Below are positions 9,678 to 19,949 of a DNA stretch of 64,000 bases, piece after piece. Origin of the DNA: an uncultured Clostridia bacterium (GTDB lineage Bacteria; Bacillota; Clostridia; TANB77; CAG-508). The stretch is from positions 5,043 to 69,042 of the forward strand of contig CAQUBD010000007.1 in the NCBI GenBank assembly GCA_948891265.1, written 5' to 3'. Both the position numbers and the translations under genes were made by a program. The notes under the pieces were generated by a model. The model worked only from the letters and a program-made list of their open reading frames with translations. It searched no databases and was not told the origin of the DNA. Each line of letters opens with the position of its first letter. Position 1 is the stretch's first letter.

Positions 9678-10328
9678 ATGAAAAAACAAGAAGTAATAAA
9701 TTTTGTAGAATTATTAAAAAAAGCATATCCAGACGCAACATGCAGTTTAGACTTTGAAACACCATTTCAAATGGTAGTTGCAGTAATGCTATCAGCACAA
9801 TGCACTGATGAACGAGTTAATAAAACAACTCCTGCACTTTTTGAAAGATGTAAAACTATTCAAGACTTTATTGATATTGATATTAAAGAATTAGAAGAAA
9901 TTGTTCACCCTTGTGGTTTTTATAAAAATAAAGCTAAAAATATAAAATTATGTGCAAAGCAAGTCTTAGAAAATTTTAACGGAAAAGTCCCTGATAATAT
10001 GGAAGATTTACAAAGTTTAGCAGGTGTAGGCAGAAAATCTGCTAATGTAGTTATGCTTGAAGCATTTAACAAACCACAAGGAATTGCAGTTGATACACAC
10101 GCTAAAAGAATTTCTAATTTAATTGGTCTTTCAAAAGAAACTGATCCTTCTAAAATCGAACAAGACTTAGTTAAAATTTTTCCTAAAGAATATTTGAAAG
10201 ATATTAATCATCTATTTGTTTGGCATGGAAGAAATACTTGCGTTGCAAGAAAACCTAAGTGTGATATTTGCCCTGTTAATACATATTGCAAAAATTACAT
10301 TTCAAAATGTAATTCTGCCCCTCTATAA
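9678..10328 (+). CDS. nth: Endonuclease III
   Basis: HhH motif LQSLAGVGRKSANVV and a C-terminal 4Fe-4S cluster CVARKPKCDICPVNTYC. Confidence 0.9.
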   Translation: MKKQEVINFVELLKKAYPDATCSLDFETPFQMVVAVMLSAQCTDERVNKTTPALFERCKTIQDFIDIDIKELEEIVHPCGFYKNKAKNIKLCAKQVLENFNGKVPDNMEDLQSLAGVGRKSANVVMLEAFNKPQGIAVDTHAKRISNLIGLSKETDPSKIEQDLVKIFPKEYLKDINHLFVWHGRNTCVARKPKCDICPVNTYCKNYISKCNSAPL

Positions 10329-10357
10329 CAACTAAAAAGTCGCTAGATTTATTGGAG

Positions 10358-11134
10358 CTAGTGACTTTTTTCATATTTGACGACTTCAATATTACTATTG
10401 CTGCTTCTTTCAACCATTTTATTATAAATCTTATTTCTCAAATTTTCTTGTTGTTCTTTTAAATTAAGATTTTTATCTGGATAAAATGGTCCATCTACAT
10501 ATGATACAATTTTAACTTTATCATTATTCTTTCCATAACTCTGATATGTATTAGTTATACAAAAAGAAGGTTTTTTTAGCTTTACTGGATATTTGAATGA
10601 AACAGATTTAAAAGGTCTTATTTTGGTATAATATGGCCATATATGTGCTTCTGGAAAAATTGTAATTGAATAACCTTTTTTTATTCTTTTTTCAATTGTT
10701 TCTAAAAAATTCTTCATTGCCTCTTTATTACTAGGAATTGGTATTGCACCTAACATTTGAACAATATTTCCCAAAAATTTCATTGATACATTTTCTGGAT
10801 TTACTATTAGATAATTTATTTTGGGATAAACACAATTGCTTATTAAAAAAGTATCTGCAAATGCTTGTGTATGATTTCCATATATAAAATATCCCTCTTT
10901 CCTATACTCTTTTAATTTTTCTTTTCCTACATATTTTACTCTAAATTTTATTTTTGCATATAAATATTTTATTGGAATACTTAATACATTTTGTACAAGA
11001 AATCCACATATATTCCATATTATATTTTTATGAATATATTTATAATTTTCATCTATTTTTCTTGGTATTATCTTTGCATTTGAAAATTCATCATTTAGTT
11101 CATCTTGATAATATATCACTTTATCTTTTTTCAT
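10358..11134 (-). CDS. Lysophospholipid/1-acyl-glycerol-3-phosphate acyltransferase-like protein
   Basis: NHTQAFAD (HX4D) and FPEAHIWP motifs of the PlsC-type acyltransferase family. Confidence 0.7.
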   Translation of the reverse strand: MKKDKVIYYQDELNDEFSNAKIIPRKIDENYKYIHKNIIWNICGFLVQNVLSIPIKYLYAKIKFRVKYVGKEKLKEYRKEGYFIYGNHTQAFADTFLISNCVYPKINYLIVNPENVSMKFLGNIVQMLGAIPIPSNKEAMKNFLETIEKRIKKGYSITIFPEAHIWPYYTKIRPFKSVSFKYPVKLKKPSFCITNTYQSYGKNNDKVKIVSYVDGPFYPDKNLNLKEQQENLRNKIYNKMVERSSNSNIEVVKYEKSH

Positions 11135-11243
11135 ACCTTTTCTCCTTTTATTAGATTAATACCTATCTTTCTTTAGTACTTCTATAATATATAAAATGTT
11201 GATAAACTTAACATACCAACATTTTATAATAACTTATTATTTA

Positions 11244-12122
11244 TTATATAATAGATTTCTCTTTTTCCCTATTATTAATTGTTGTATATTCTAAAGGAAT
11301 TTTATAAAATTCTTCATATACATTTTTCCAAATTCTTGAATTTTCTTCCAACATTTTATTTGTATTTTCTTTTTCAGTTAAGCTTTCATCTGGATAAATT
11401 GGTTCTCCAATATTAACTGTGTATTCTTGAATCGGAAATCCATCTTCTCCAATCATATCACTATCATTCATTGTAATAAATATTGGTACTACTGGAACTT
11501 TATTTCTTGCTGCAATTTTAAATGCTCCTATTTTTAATGGCTTTGGTTTTCTATAATTCCACCACATACTTTGTTCAGGATATATTAATATAAATTCTCC
11601 TCTTTGTAAAAGTGTGTCTACTGCTTTCATAAATTCTACCATTGTTCTATTACTAGAGCTTAATGGCAATGTATCTGCATTTCTAAATAAGAATCCATAA
11701 AATCCTGGGAAATTAGTATAATTTCCTTCTCTTATAACTTTGTGCAATCTTTTTGTTTTGCCTTGATTTGACATTCTAAATACTTTTTCTATTGTGAAAC
11801 AGTCATAAGGATTAAAATGATTACATGTTATAAGTGCTCCTGTTTCTACTTTATTAAGATTTTCTATTCCTTTTACATCCTTTATGATTAATTTATTATT
11901 TTTTAATAAATCATCTAAAAATTTTTCTCCAACTTTATTGGCAAAGATCCTTTTTATCTTACTTGTCATTGTTGTTCTTAAATAATCTATATTTTCTGGA
12001 GTCAATACAATTGTTGGTGGATCATCTTCGACATCTATATCAAATTTTCCTTCTTTTTCAAGTTGCTCTATCTTTTTTAATACTTCTATTCTATCTTTTG
12101 CTTTTGGTATACTTTGTTCCAT
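11244..12122 (-). CDS. PlsC-type acyltransferase-like protein
   Basis: CNHFNPYDC (HX4D) and IYPEQSMWW motifs. Confidence 0.7.
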   Translation of the reverse strand: MEQSIPKAKDRIEVLKKIEQLEKEGKFDIDVEDDPPTIVLTPENIDYLRTTMTSKIKRIFANKVGEKFLDDLLKNNKLIIKDVKGIENLNKVETGALITCNHFNPYDCFTIEKVFRMSNQGKTKRLHKVIREGNYTNFPGFYGFLFRNADTLPLSSSNRTMVEFMKAVDTLLQRGEFILIYPEQSMWWNYRKPKPLKIGAFKIAARNKVPVVPIFITMNDSDMIGEDGFPIQEYTVNIGEPIYPDESLTEKENTNKMLEENSRIWKNVYEEFYKIPLEYTTINNREKEKSII

Positions 12123-12128
12123 TATAAA

Positions 12129-13064
12129 CTATCTCCTATTTTTTCTATCGTCACCTACACATGAATTTTCTCTAATTGCAAATTCTACTAACATTTTTTC
12201 AGCTTCTCTATCTTGAAATTTTTGTTCTTCAGTATAACTTTCTCTTGTTTGTAAAATTTCATCATAAAATTCTGTTTCTTTAGCATATTTCCAAAAATAC
12301 TCATTATATTTAACATCTTCAAAACGCCATGGTTTATATGCAAAATTGTAGTGTACTATTTTTATATCTTCTGGTTTTGTTTCTTCATTCACATATGGCA
12401 TTACATCCCAGTCATGACTAACTAAAGTAACTCTTCCTTTACACAATCTGTTTAAATAGTCTTGGTCTTGTGCAACTGAAAATTTCACCTTTTCTAATAG
12501 ATATAAAAATTTCTCTTGGAATTTAAATTTTCTTAATTCATCTAAATTCATTAGTAATACACCAGCATTAAAATAATGTTGATAGTTCGCAACTCCTACT
12601 ACTAATTCTGCATAATCTTGAAATACTTTATTAGTTTGTATTATATCATCTGGTGCTGCTGCAACTAAATTTGTTCCCATATCTGTATTATATAATTCTG
12701 ATATATCTCCTAGTACTATAATATCACTGTCTAAGTATAATACTTTATCATATTGTGGATATAATTCTGGCAAGAATAATCTAAAATATGTTGTATTTGT
12801 ATAATAATCACGTGTATATAATTTATCTTTTACTTTTTCTATGTAATAACTTAAATCTACAAATTCTATATTTATATTTTCATTTTCATATTTTTTTATT
12901 TGATCCATATGTGATTTTTGTACATCTGTATGTAAAATTTTTATTAAATATTTATATTCTTTACTTGCATTTTCTATTAATGATTTTAATGCAACAGCTA
13001 GAAATGGTGTATATTTATCGTCCATTGCAAAAAATATTGGTATTTCTTTTAATTTTTCGTTCAT
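12129..13064 (-). CDS. Family 8 glycosyltransferase
   Basis: FAMDDKY, LYLDSDIIVLGD (DxD) and YFNAGVLLMNL motifs typical of GT8. Confidence 0.8.
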   Translation of the reverse strand: MNEKLKEIPIFFAMDDKYTPFLAVALKSLIENASKEYKYLIKILHTDVQKSHMDQIKKYENENINIEFVDLSYYIEKVKDKLYTRDYYTNTTYFRLFLPELYPQYDKVLYLDSDIIVLGDISELYNTDMGTNLVAAAPDDIIQTNKVFQDYAELVVGVANYQHYFNAGVLLMNLDELRKFKFQEKFLYLLEKVKFSVAQDQDYLNRLCKGRVTLVSHDWDVMPYVNEETKPEDIKIVHYNFAYKPWRFEDVKYNEYFWKYAKETEFYDEILQTRESYTEEQKFQDREAEKMLVEFAIRENSCVGDDRKNRR

Positions 13065-13082
13065 TTCTTTTCCCCTTTTTAA

Positions 13083-13928
13083 TTAATTTATCTTACTTAA
13101 TTGCAAGATTTTATCTTCATACTGTTTTTTAAATTTTAGATATTCATTTAAATCTTCATCAAATGCATGACATCTCAATATTTTATGAACATCTTCAACA
13201 TGCCATTGTTTAATATTTCTAACACGAGGATATCGTTTAAGTAATAGTCTTTTACAGAAATGACAAATTACAGTATCTTTTTTATTAAATCTTGATTGTT
13301 CATTGTATATTCTTGATAATAATAATTTTTTAGTTGTAGAATGATATATTGCATCTTGATCAGCAAATAACATTTTTTTATTTTTAATTAAATATCTTGC
13401 TTTTTCTAATAATTTTGTCTGTTTTATTTTATTCATATTTAGCAACAACATTCCAGCATTTATATAGTCTGGATATAAAAGCCAAGAACCATATTTTTCT
13501 TTTACTGCAGCATACTCATATTCTGATATATCTGTATTATATAGTTTAGAAATATCATCTCCTGCCATCATATCAATATCAAGATATAATATTTTTTCAG
13601 GGATATCTGGTACTAAGTCTGCCAATAACCTTAATAATGTATATGGGGTGCAATATGCACCTTCATTTTTACAATTTCCAAATTCTTTTTCATACAAATC
13701 TGTAACATCAATTTTTTGAACTTTGTTATTTTCATTTTTTAATTTTACTACTTCATTCAAAAATTCTATTTGTTCATCTTTTATACAAGTATATTCTGGT
13801 TTTATTCTTGTTATATCCGCTGTAAAAATGTAAACATTTACAGCTTCTTTTGTTTTATTTGTTATTGATATTAGCTCTGTTAGTGCTCCATCAAATACTT
13901 TTTCATTTCCACATAAAAGTATATTCAT
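13083..13928 (-). CDS. Family 8 glycosyltransferase (second copy)
   Basis: ILYLDIDMMAGDD and YINAGMLLLNM motifs. Start placed at ATG 13928 (MNILLCG), after AGGGGA. Confidence 0.75.
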   Translation of the reverse strand: MNILLCGNEKVFDGALTELISITNKTKEAVNVYIFTADITRIKPEYTCIKDEQIEFLNEVVKLKNENNKVQKIDVTDLYEKEFGNCKNEGAYCTPYTLLRLLADLVPDIPEKILYLDIDMMAGDDISKLYNTDISEYEYAAVKEKYGSWLLYPDYINAGMLLLNMNKIKQTKLLEKARYLIKNKKMLFADQDAIYHSTTKKLLLSRIYNEQSRFNKKDTVICHFCKRLLLKRYPRVRNIKQWHVEDVHKILRCHAFDEDLNEYLKFKKQYEDKILQLSKIN

Positions 13929-13973
13929 AATTTTTCCCCTATTATTATTTTCAATCCACTTCATTATATATTA

Positions 13974-14993
13974 TTATTCTTCTTTTTTCAACTTTTTTTG
14001 CATTAAAATATTTATTATTGTTACTATCATACTAACTATTATTAACAAATAGAAGTTTATTCCCCTAGCTAATAGCATTACTCCATTTATCATATTTTCT
14101 GGCAAAATTGACGCAAAAATTGCTATAAACCCACCTTCACTAACACCTACTGCTCCAGGTGAAGGAATTCCAGATACTGTTGCATATAACATTGATTGTA
14201 TTGTTGTTATTTGTACAATATTATGACCACTTAGTCCAAATGAGCAATATACCCAATATGATACACTGTAAAATGCTATAAATTGAATATATGTTGTTAT
14301 TAGTGTCTTTAATATTACTAATTTATTATTTTTTATATAATCACTACTATTTTGATATTTAGCAATTTCTTCTTCTAATCTCTTTTGTTTTTCTTCTATA
14401 TTTCTAATTTTAAATTTTTTCATTATTTTAATTACAAAATTAATCAATTTGTTTAATATTCTCTTTGAAAAAATTGCAATTAATAATAATGTAAGTGCTG
14501 TTGCATTTAAAACTATTCCTATTACAAATAATATCACTAATGGTTGATTTAAATATTTATAATTAAATATTACACTTATTAGTGCAATAGAAATTGTTAC
14601 AACTTGCATACTACTTAAATTTATTAAAAGTGCTAATGTAGAATTTGCAACTGTTATTTTTTCTTTATGCATATAATATATTTGCATTGGCTGCCCACCA
14701 CTTGCAGCTGGTGTTATGCCACTAAAGAAAAATCCTATCAAAGCATATTTTATACTACTTATAAATGTTATTTTCTCATTTAATATTTTTAGTGTCCTTC
14801 TTATATTTACTGCTTCTCCTATTACATATATACACATACATAATACTGCTATTAATATATATTGATATTTTGCATTTTTTACAAGACTAAGTATTTGCGT
14901 TACATCTTGATCTTTTAATATTATATAAAATGTTAGTATTATTAATAGTATAAATATTATTAAATTCTTTATCATTTTTTTTGTTTTATTCAT
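13974..14993 (-). CDS. Flippase-like / lysylphosphatidylglycerol-synthase TM-region family membrane protein
   Basis: 339 aa and polytopic. The N-terminal pattern (KNLIIFILLIILTFYIILKD..., GEAVNIRRTLKIL) resembles the UPF0104 family. First gene of the GT8/acyltransferase operon. Confidence 0.6.
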   Translation of the reverse strand: MNKTKKMIKNLIIFILLIILTFYIILKDQDVTQILSLVKNAKYQYILIAVLCMCIYVIGEAVNIRRTLKILNEKITFISSIKYALIGFFFSGITPAASGGQPMQIYYMHKEKITVANSTLALLINLSSMQVVTISIALISVIFNYKYLNQPLVILFVIGIVLNATALTLLLIAIFSKRILNKLINFVIKIMKKFKIRNIEEKQKRLEEEIAKYQNSSDYIKNNKLVILKTLITTYIQFIAFYSVSYWVYCSFGLSGHNIVQITTIQSMLYATVSGIPSPGAVGVSEGGFIAIFASILPENMINGVMLLARGINFYLLIIVSMIVTIINILMQKKLKKEE

Positions 14994-15392
14994 TTTCTAT
15001 TCTTCCATTTTTTATTTTTTGCTTTATTATCATTTATTTTTATTACTTTGTCAACTATAATTTTTCCTTTAAGTCTTAGTTTCTTCTTTAGATTACAAAT
15101 TTAAAGTTATACAAGTAACTTTATTGATTAATTGTAAATTACTTTTATTTTGTTCTAATCTTATCATAAACTTATATTTTTTACAACAAAATAGAAAACA
15201 AAACATATTAATCTAAACTATTTTTTACATAATTTGATTAATATGCCTTGATTACAATAATTCCTATTTGCTCATTTATAATTGTTTTATATTCTGATGC
15301 TTTTATTCCTGAGCAAGCCTGATATATTTCATTTGTTAAATTTTTCCATTTGAGCTAGTCAAAGTTTGAAAGAAGATATTATAACTTATTTC

Positions 15393-15824
15393 CTACTCTA
15401 TAGTTCTTCTGTCTATTTCTAAAACTTTACTTATAAATTTATTTATTTCTATATAATCATGTATAGGAATCTTTACTCTTTCATAAAATTTATTAAAAAC
15501 ATCGGAAATTTTTATTTTTCCCTTTTTATATAATTCAATCTTTTTTTCTACATCTCTTTTAAAAGCTCTTTTATATGCGTGAATTAAACTTGTCCTTTTT
15601 ATAATAATTTTTCCTTTAAGAAGGATAGGAGTCATATATTCATAAATATGTCTACCTTCAATTATGAGAGGTTCACTTATATTTGATATTAAATATGTAT
15701 ATATTTTATTAGTATATTCATAGTATTTTAAATCAACTTTTTTATCTATTTTTCTTTTATTAAAATATTGAAATATTTTTTGATCCTTAGTTTCAGGATA
15801 TAATTTATTTTTTCTGCAAACTTG
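15393..15824 (-). pseudogene. Gene remnant of unknown family
   Basis: Frame is open for 144 codons with no start codon before Met at 15635. A further open fragment lies downstream (15245-15350) in another frame. No recognisable motif. Confidence 0.3.
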
Positions 15825-15943
15825 CTAGCTTTATATTTTGCTTGTATGATAAATATGTATAGGTGTACTCATACCAATATCTTTATTGTACAAATTATAC
15901 TATGTATTATAAACTTGTACAATAGAATTTATATGGTAGCACA

Positions 15944-16008
15944 CATTTCTGTGGTTCTCATTTTTTATCTTTACTATACATTCATTTTTTAACTTTGTCA
16001 AATGTTAA
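15944..16008 (-). promoter_or_regulatory. Orphan copy of the consensus promoter/leader module seen at 16736-16799
   Basis: Minus-strand TTGACA, 17 nt, TATAGT, then AAAGATAAAAAATGAGAACCACAGAAATGTGTGCTACC. About 80 percent identical to the 16736-16805 module. Confidence 0.45.
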
Positions 16009-16308
16009 AATCTATATGTATTACGAAATTGGAAATTTTCTTATAAATTAATTAAAATATATTTTATGTCATTTTTTATAAAACCATATTTTCATATAAC
16101 TTTATTACTGGAGGATTAGATGAATCAAGTTCTATTTTCTTACAATTAATTTCATTAAGAAAATCTAGTCAGCATAAAATAAAAAATGTTCTTATAGAAC
16201 GCTAAATCCCATAAAAACATCCATACTGGTGCCCTAACTAGACACGTTTGCGAAATCATTAGGGCAAAAAAATATCATTTTCAACTCTTAATTATAGTCA
16301 TATCAGTA

Positions 16309-16342
16309 GTTTGCAAGTATTATATTTGCAAACTTGTTTTTT
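16309..16342 (+). terminator. Rho-independent terminator (plus strand)
   Basis: Stem gtttgcaa / ttgcaaac followed by ttgtttttt. Confidence 0.55.
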
Positions 16343-16566
16343 GACTATATTTAATGTAACATAAAATAGTAGAAATTACAAGAGCTAAAACAAAAATAAT
16401 ATTTCCAAAATTTTGTTTTGTTCGCTTGTATTTTATCTAATAATGTTGTATAGTTGTAGATATAGAAAATGAGAATAAGCGGAGTGTGTTGCCACCTTTG
16501 ACAACTTAGTGTTTACAAAAACCTCCACAACTTAGTTTGTGAGATTGAATCTAGGAGGTGGTTAAT

Positions 16567-16683
16567 ATGGTAGAATCAGCATTAATAATTATTACATATC
16601 TACTTTTCTACGGATTAGTAGCAATGACTATCATAAATGTTGCCTTGTTAATCATCATCTGTTGGTTACTTCATAGGCAATAA
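16567..16683 (+). CDS. Candidate type I toxin: 38-aa hydrophobic peptide
   Basis: MVESALIIITYLLFYGLVAMTIINVALLIIICWLLHRQ has a single TM and a polar C-end. Strong RBS AGGAGGTGG. Two upstream anti-SD stretches (CCACCT 16492-16497, ACCTCC 16521-16526). Terminator hairpin at 16689-16720. Convergent antisense promoter downstream. Confidence 0.45.
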   Translation: MVESALIIITYLLFYGLVAMTIINVALLIIICWLLHRQ

Positions 16684-16764
16684 AAAATAAACCATTCTGC
16701 TTTGGCGAGTGAAATGGTTTATTAAACATATTCTCGGCAACACACTTTGTGTTACTCATTTTCT
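16684..16764 (-). ncRNA. Candidate antisense antitoxin sRNA (about 80 nt)
   Basis: Predicted from the perfect sigma-A-type promoter at 16771-16799 and the shared hairpin 16689-16720 followed by ATTTTTTATT on the minus strand. Overlaps the 3' end of the toxin transcript. Confidence 0.35.
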
Positions 16765-16770
16765 ATCTTT

Positions 16771-16799
16771 ATTATACAGTCATTTTTTTATTTTGTCAA
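16771..16799 (-). promoter_or_regulatory. Consensus promoter driving the antisense RNA
   Basis: Minus strand reads TTGACA (16794-16799), a 17-nt spacer, then TATAAT (16771-16776). Confidence 0.6.
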
Positions 16800-16916
16800 A
16801 TATAATTTTTTCACAATTTTTTACTGTATAAAACTATTTAATCTAACTTACAACTTGTAATTTTTCGAGATGATTATAACATAAAAGACAGACTATTTCC
16901 AGTCTGTCCTCTAATA

Positions 16917-17297
16917 TTAACAAGATATTGTTAATATATTTCCATTATTATCAAAAATAGCAAATTCATCTTTACCATAAAAAGTTTTATGAAGTTCTTT
17001 AGCAATTTCTACTTTATCTTTTAATTCGTTATACATTGCCAAAACATCATTAACAGTTATAAATAGTGTAAATGTTGGTACTATTTCATCAGTTTTTAAA
17101 GTTGGATATTCACTAATTAAGTTTTCTTGTTCTTGTAACATTATAGAAATTTTATCCTTATTTAAAATAGCAAAATTCAAAGTTTCTCCCTCTTCTGGAA
17201 CACTTAATACTTTTGTGAAACCTAAATTTTCTTCATAAAATTTTATTGTTTCTTTTACATTTTTAACCATAATATTGGTTGTTATTGTTTCATACAT
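16917..17297 (-). CDS. Glyoxalase/bleomycin-resistance (VOC) family protein
   Basis: 126 aa. The N-terminus (IMVKNVKETIKFYEENLGF) and size are typical of VOC domains. Confidence 0.75.
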   Translation of the reverse strand: MYETITTNIMVKNVKETIKFYEENLGFTKVLSVPEEGETLNFAILNKDKISIMLQEQENLISEYPTLKTDEIVPTFTLFITVNDVLAMYNELKDKVEIAKELHKTFYGKDEFAIFDNNGNILTISC

Positions 17298-17361
17298 ATA
17301 TTTCTATCTCCAATATAATTATAAGAAAATAATTTAAAACTGTATTGTAAAAAATGGACAA

Positions 17362-18141
17362 TTATTTATAATCTTCTATTATTTTTAAAGGCGAAATATT
17401 TGTATATCTCTTTATTTCTTTTATAAAATGTGATTGATCATAAAAGCCACAATATAAAGCAATATCTATTAAATTCATCTTTTTTTCTAGCATTAAAGTT
17501 AAACATAGATGTAATCTTAATATATTTAGTAATACTTTTGGAGATACTCCAAAATTTGATTTAAAAACTCTATATAAGTTTCTTTCATTATATCCTAATT
17601 CCTTTGCAATATCTGTTACCCTTTGTTCTTTTGGATTATCATATAATTTTTCTACTATTTCCACAAATGGCATTTTCTTTTGCTCTTTTGCTTTTTTTAA
17701 TAGATATTTCTTTAAATATTTTATTCTTTCTTTTGTATTTTCTAAGTCTAATATGCTATCTATACTAATTTCTTTTTCTATATCACTAAATTGTATTTGA
17801 TTATCCATTACTTTATCTGCTGGTATATTGAAAAACAAATAAAATATGCTTGGCTTTAATCTAACTCCCATATAATCTATCTTTTTATCTAACTTAAAAT
17901 CTTTAGTTTCTTTACTGAATCCTGCAAAGCAAATTGTACTATTTGTAAAATCTATAACAATATCAATACAAGCATCTGGTAAAATATTATTTGATATGGT
18001 CTTATTTAATATTTTCTTTGATTTCATTGTCCAAATACACATACAATAATTTTCAAGTTCTTTTATATTATATTCTTTATATTCTATATTTTCCTTAAAT
18101 TCTTTATTTAACAAATATGGAATTTGTTTTGGATAATACAT
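17362..18141 (-). CDS. AraC-family transcriptional regulator
   Basis: C-terminal double HTH (VTDIAKELGYNERNLYRVFK ... IALYCGFYDQSHFIKEIKRYTNISP). Confidence 0.85.
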   Translation of the reverse strand: MYYPKQIPYLLNKEFKENIEYKEYNIKELENYCMCIWTMKSKKILNKTISNNILPDACIDIVIDFTNSTICFAGFSKETKDFKLDKKIDYMGVRLKPSIFYLFFNIPADKVMDNQIQFSDIEKEISIDSILDLENTKERIKYLKKYLLKKAKEQKKMPFVEIVEKLYDNPKEQRVTDIAKELGYNERNLYRVFKSNFGVSPKVLLNILRLHLCLTLMLEKKMNLIDIALYCGFYDQSHFIKEIKRYTNISPLKIIEDYK

Positions 18142-18175
18142 AAATACTGTTTCCTTTCAAATTGTAATTTTTTAG

Positions 18176-18379
18176 TTATATCTTATTGAACAGTACTGTC
18201 TTTTCTTTCATTGATATTTTGCCTACTTCATATCCATATTCTTTAGATTCCTTTTTGTAAGTCAAAAAGGAATGGTCTATATCAAATCCTAAAATATTTT
18301 TAATTTCTTCATAAGATAGTTTATAACTGTCTTTCTTATTTTCTTTTAAATATCGCCATAATGGCTCATATTTGCTCAT
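18176..18379 (-). CDS. Small hypothetical protein
   Basis: Start chosen at MSKYEPLWRYLKEN (AGAGGTG RBS) rather than the track start at 18415. No family assigned. Confidence 0.45.
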   Translation of the reverse strand: MSKYEPLWRYLKENKKDSYKLSYEEIKNILGFDIDHSFLTYKKESKEYGYEVGKISMKEKTVLFNKI

Positions 18380-18407
18380 TTCTAACACCTCTTGAAATTG
18401 TAATTTT

Positions 18408-18656
18408 TTATTCACATGATTGTTTTTGCTTCTTCTTTAAAATGACATACATAATCGAAACAGTTATTAGCAATATTAGGCTTACTACAAATATAAATAG
18501 CAAAACAACAACATATCCTACATTAGTTAAGGCTGATAATCCATAGGTGGCTTTATTGTCAAGTATTATTATTCCTATAATGCTTATTAGCATAAATATT
18601 AAATCTATTACATAAAATATTTTTATTTTTCTATTCACTATTTTTCTCTCCTTCAA
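18408..18656 (-). CDS. Small membrane protein (2 TM)
   Basis: 82 aa with two hydrophobic helices and a basic C-tail. GGAG-type RBS. Confidence 0.4.
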   Translation of the reverse strand: MKERKIVNRKIKIFYVIDLIFMLISIIGIIILDNKATYGLSALTNVGYVVVLLFIFVVSLILLITVSIMYVILKKKQKQSCE

Positions 18657-18697
18657 CTTATTATTACTTTAACATACTATAAACTTGTAAGTTGTCG

Positions 18698-19324
18698 CTA
18701 CTCTTTAAAGAATAATGAATCTATAATAAAATCACCCACACTTTGCCATTCTCTTTGTAATTCAGTAGTACAGTTAAATGTAGCAATTACTAATTTGCCA
18801 TTATATGAAAAGAAAATCATATTATTATAAATATTTGTATCTTGTGCTTTACTAATTAATTTTATTTTACCAATGTTATGACTATCCACTTCATATAAAT
18901 CACTAGTTATTATTTCGCTATTATTTTTAAGTAAATTTTCCATAGTTTCCTTATAAGACTTTATTTGTGTGTTGCTCATTTCATTATCTGTTAAACTAAC
19001 TGCCACATTTATTGTTGTTTCATCATTAGAAAATACGATATTAGGAACATTACCATTATATTTTGTTGTAATAGTTTCATAATCTAATTGTTTAAAACTT
19101 TTTGGAATTTTTAAATAAAATTTACTATTATCAAAACTAGAATATTCTGTTTCTATTTCAATACCACTTTCAGTTTTGATAGTTAGTGTTTCTAATTTTT
19201 CACTTTCTTTTTGCAATTCTTTATCTTCTTGCTTAACAACAAATTGTATTATTAGACAAACTCCTATTATTACTGCACATATTATACTGAAAATAACTAC
19301 TCCTATTTTTTTCTTACCTTTCAT
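18698..19324 (-). CDS. Membrane-anchored hypothetical protein
   Basis: N-terminal signal-anchor MKGKKKIGVVIFSIICAVIIGVCLII followed by a soluble domain. AGGAGG RBS. Confidence 0.5.
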   Translation of the reverse strand: MKGKKKIGVVIFSIICAVIIGVCLIIQFVVKQEDKELQKESEKLETLTIKTESGIEIETEYSSFDNSKFYLKIPKSFKQLDYETITTKYNGNVPNIVFSNDETTINVAVSLTDNEMSNTQIKSYKETMENLLKNNSEIITSDLYEVDSHNIGKIKLISKAQDTNIYNNMIFFSYNGKLVIATFNCTTELQREWQSVGDFIIDSLFFKE

Positions 19325-19364
19325 ATTTTTAATCCTCCTAATAAATTACTATTTGTCTTCATCA

Positions 19365-19841
19365 TTATAACATATTTTTTATATTTATGTTATTTACTAA
19401 ATTGTTATAAATCGTTTTATCTAAATACATATTTTTCTTTATAAAATCTTTTTCAATTATTTTCAAAAATCTTTCAATCTCAATTTTTATCTCTCTATCT
19501 GTCATAGTATTAGTAAAAAAATGCAGTCCATTTGCAGGCATAGGTTCAATGAAATGCTTTTTAGTTGTATTATAAAAGTATCTTTTATCTTTGCATAGCC
19601 ATAAGTCAAAAATTATATCTTTTCCTTTTATAATAATTTGTATATAGCCTACAATTTGATTGTACTTCCAAATAGATTGTGGCAAATTAAATCTTTTTAA
19701 CCATCTTTCATAATCTCCTATTTCATCATTAAGTTCTAAAAAGTGTTTTATACTAGATTCATTGGAAGTTTCCCATTTTTTATAATATTTTTCTTCACTC
19801 ATAGAATAAACAGGAATTTCAAATATCACTTTTGGCTCCAT
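19365..19841 (-). CDS. Hypothetical protein
   Basis: ORF with AGGAGA RBS before ATG 19841 (MEPKVIFEIP...). No family recognised. Confidence 0.45.
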   Translation of the reverse strand: MEPKVIFEIPVYSMSEEKYYKKWETSNESSIKHFLELNDEIGDYERWLKRFNLPQSIWKYNQIVGYIQIIIKGKDIIFDLWLCKDKRYFYNTTKKHFIEPMPANGLHFFTNTMTDREIKIEIERFLKIIEKDFIKKNMYLDKTIYNNLVNNINIKNML

Positions 19842-19949
19842 TATCATTTCTCCTAACATGAAAATTCAATTCAATTATAATATAAAGCATTGCTTTTTAC
19901 AATAGCTAGGTAGTCAAATAGTTTATATAACAAAACAAGATAGAATAAT

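Noticed and set aside
9448-9798. 116-aa minus-strand ORF overlapping the nth start
   Set aside because: It overlaps the well-supported nth gene and its promoter region, has low-complexity translation and lacks an RBS.
16226-16262. Hairpin gccctaa...ttagggc as a terminator
   Set aside because: It is followed by an A-run on the plus strand and has no T-run on either strand after the stem, so it does not fit an intrinsic terminator.
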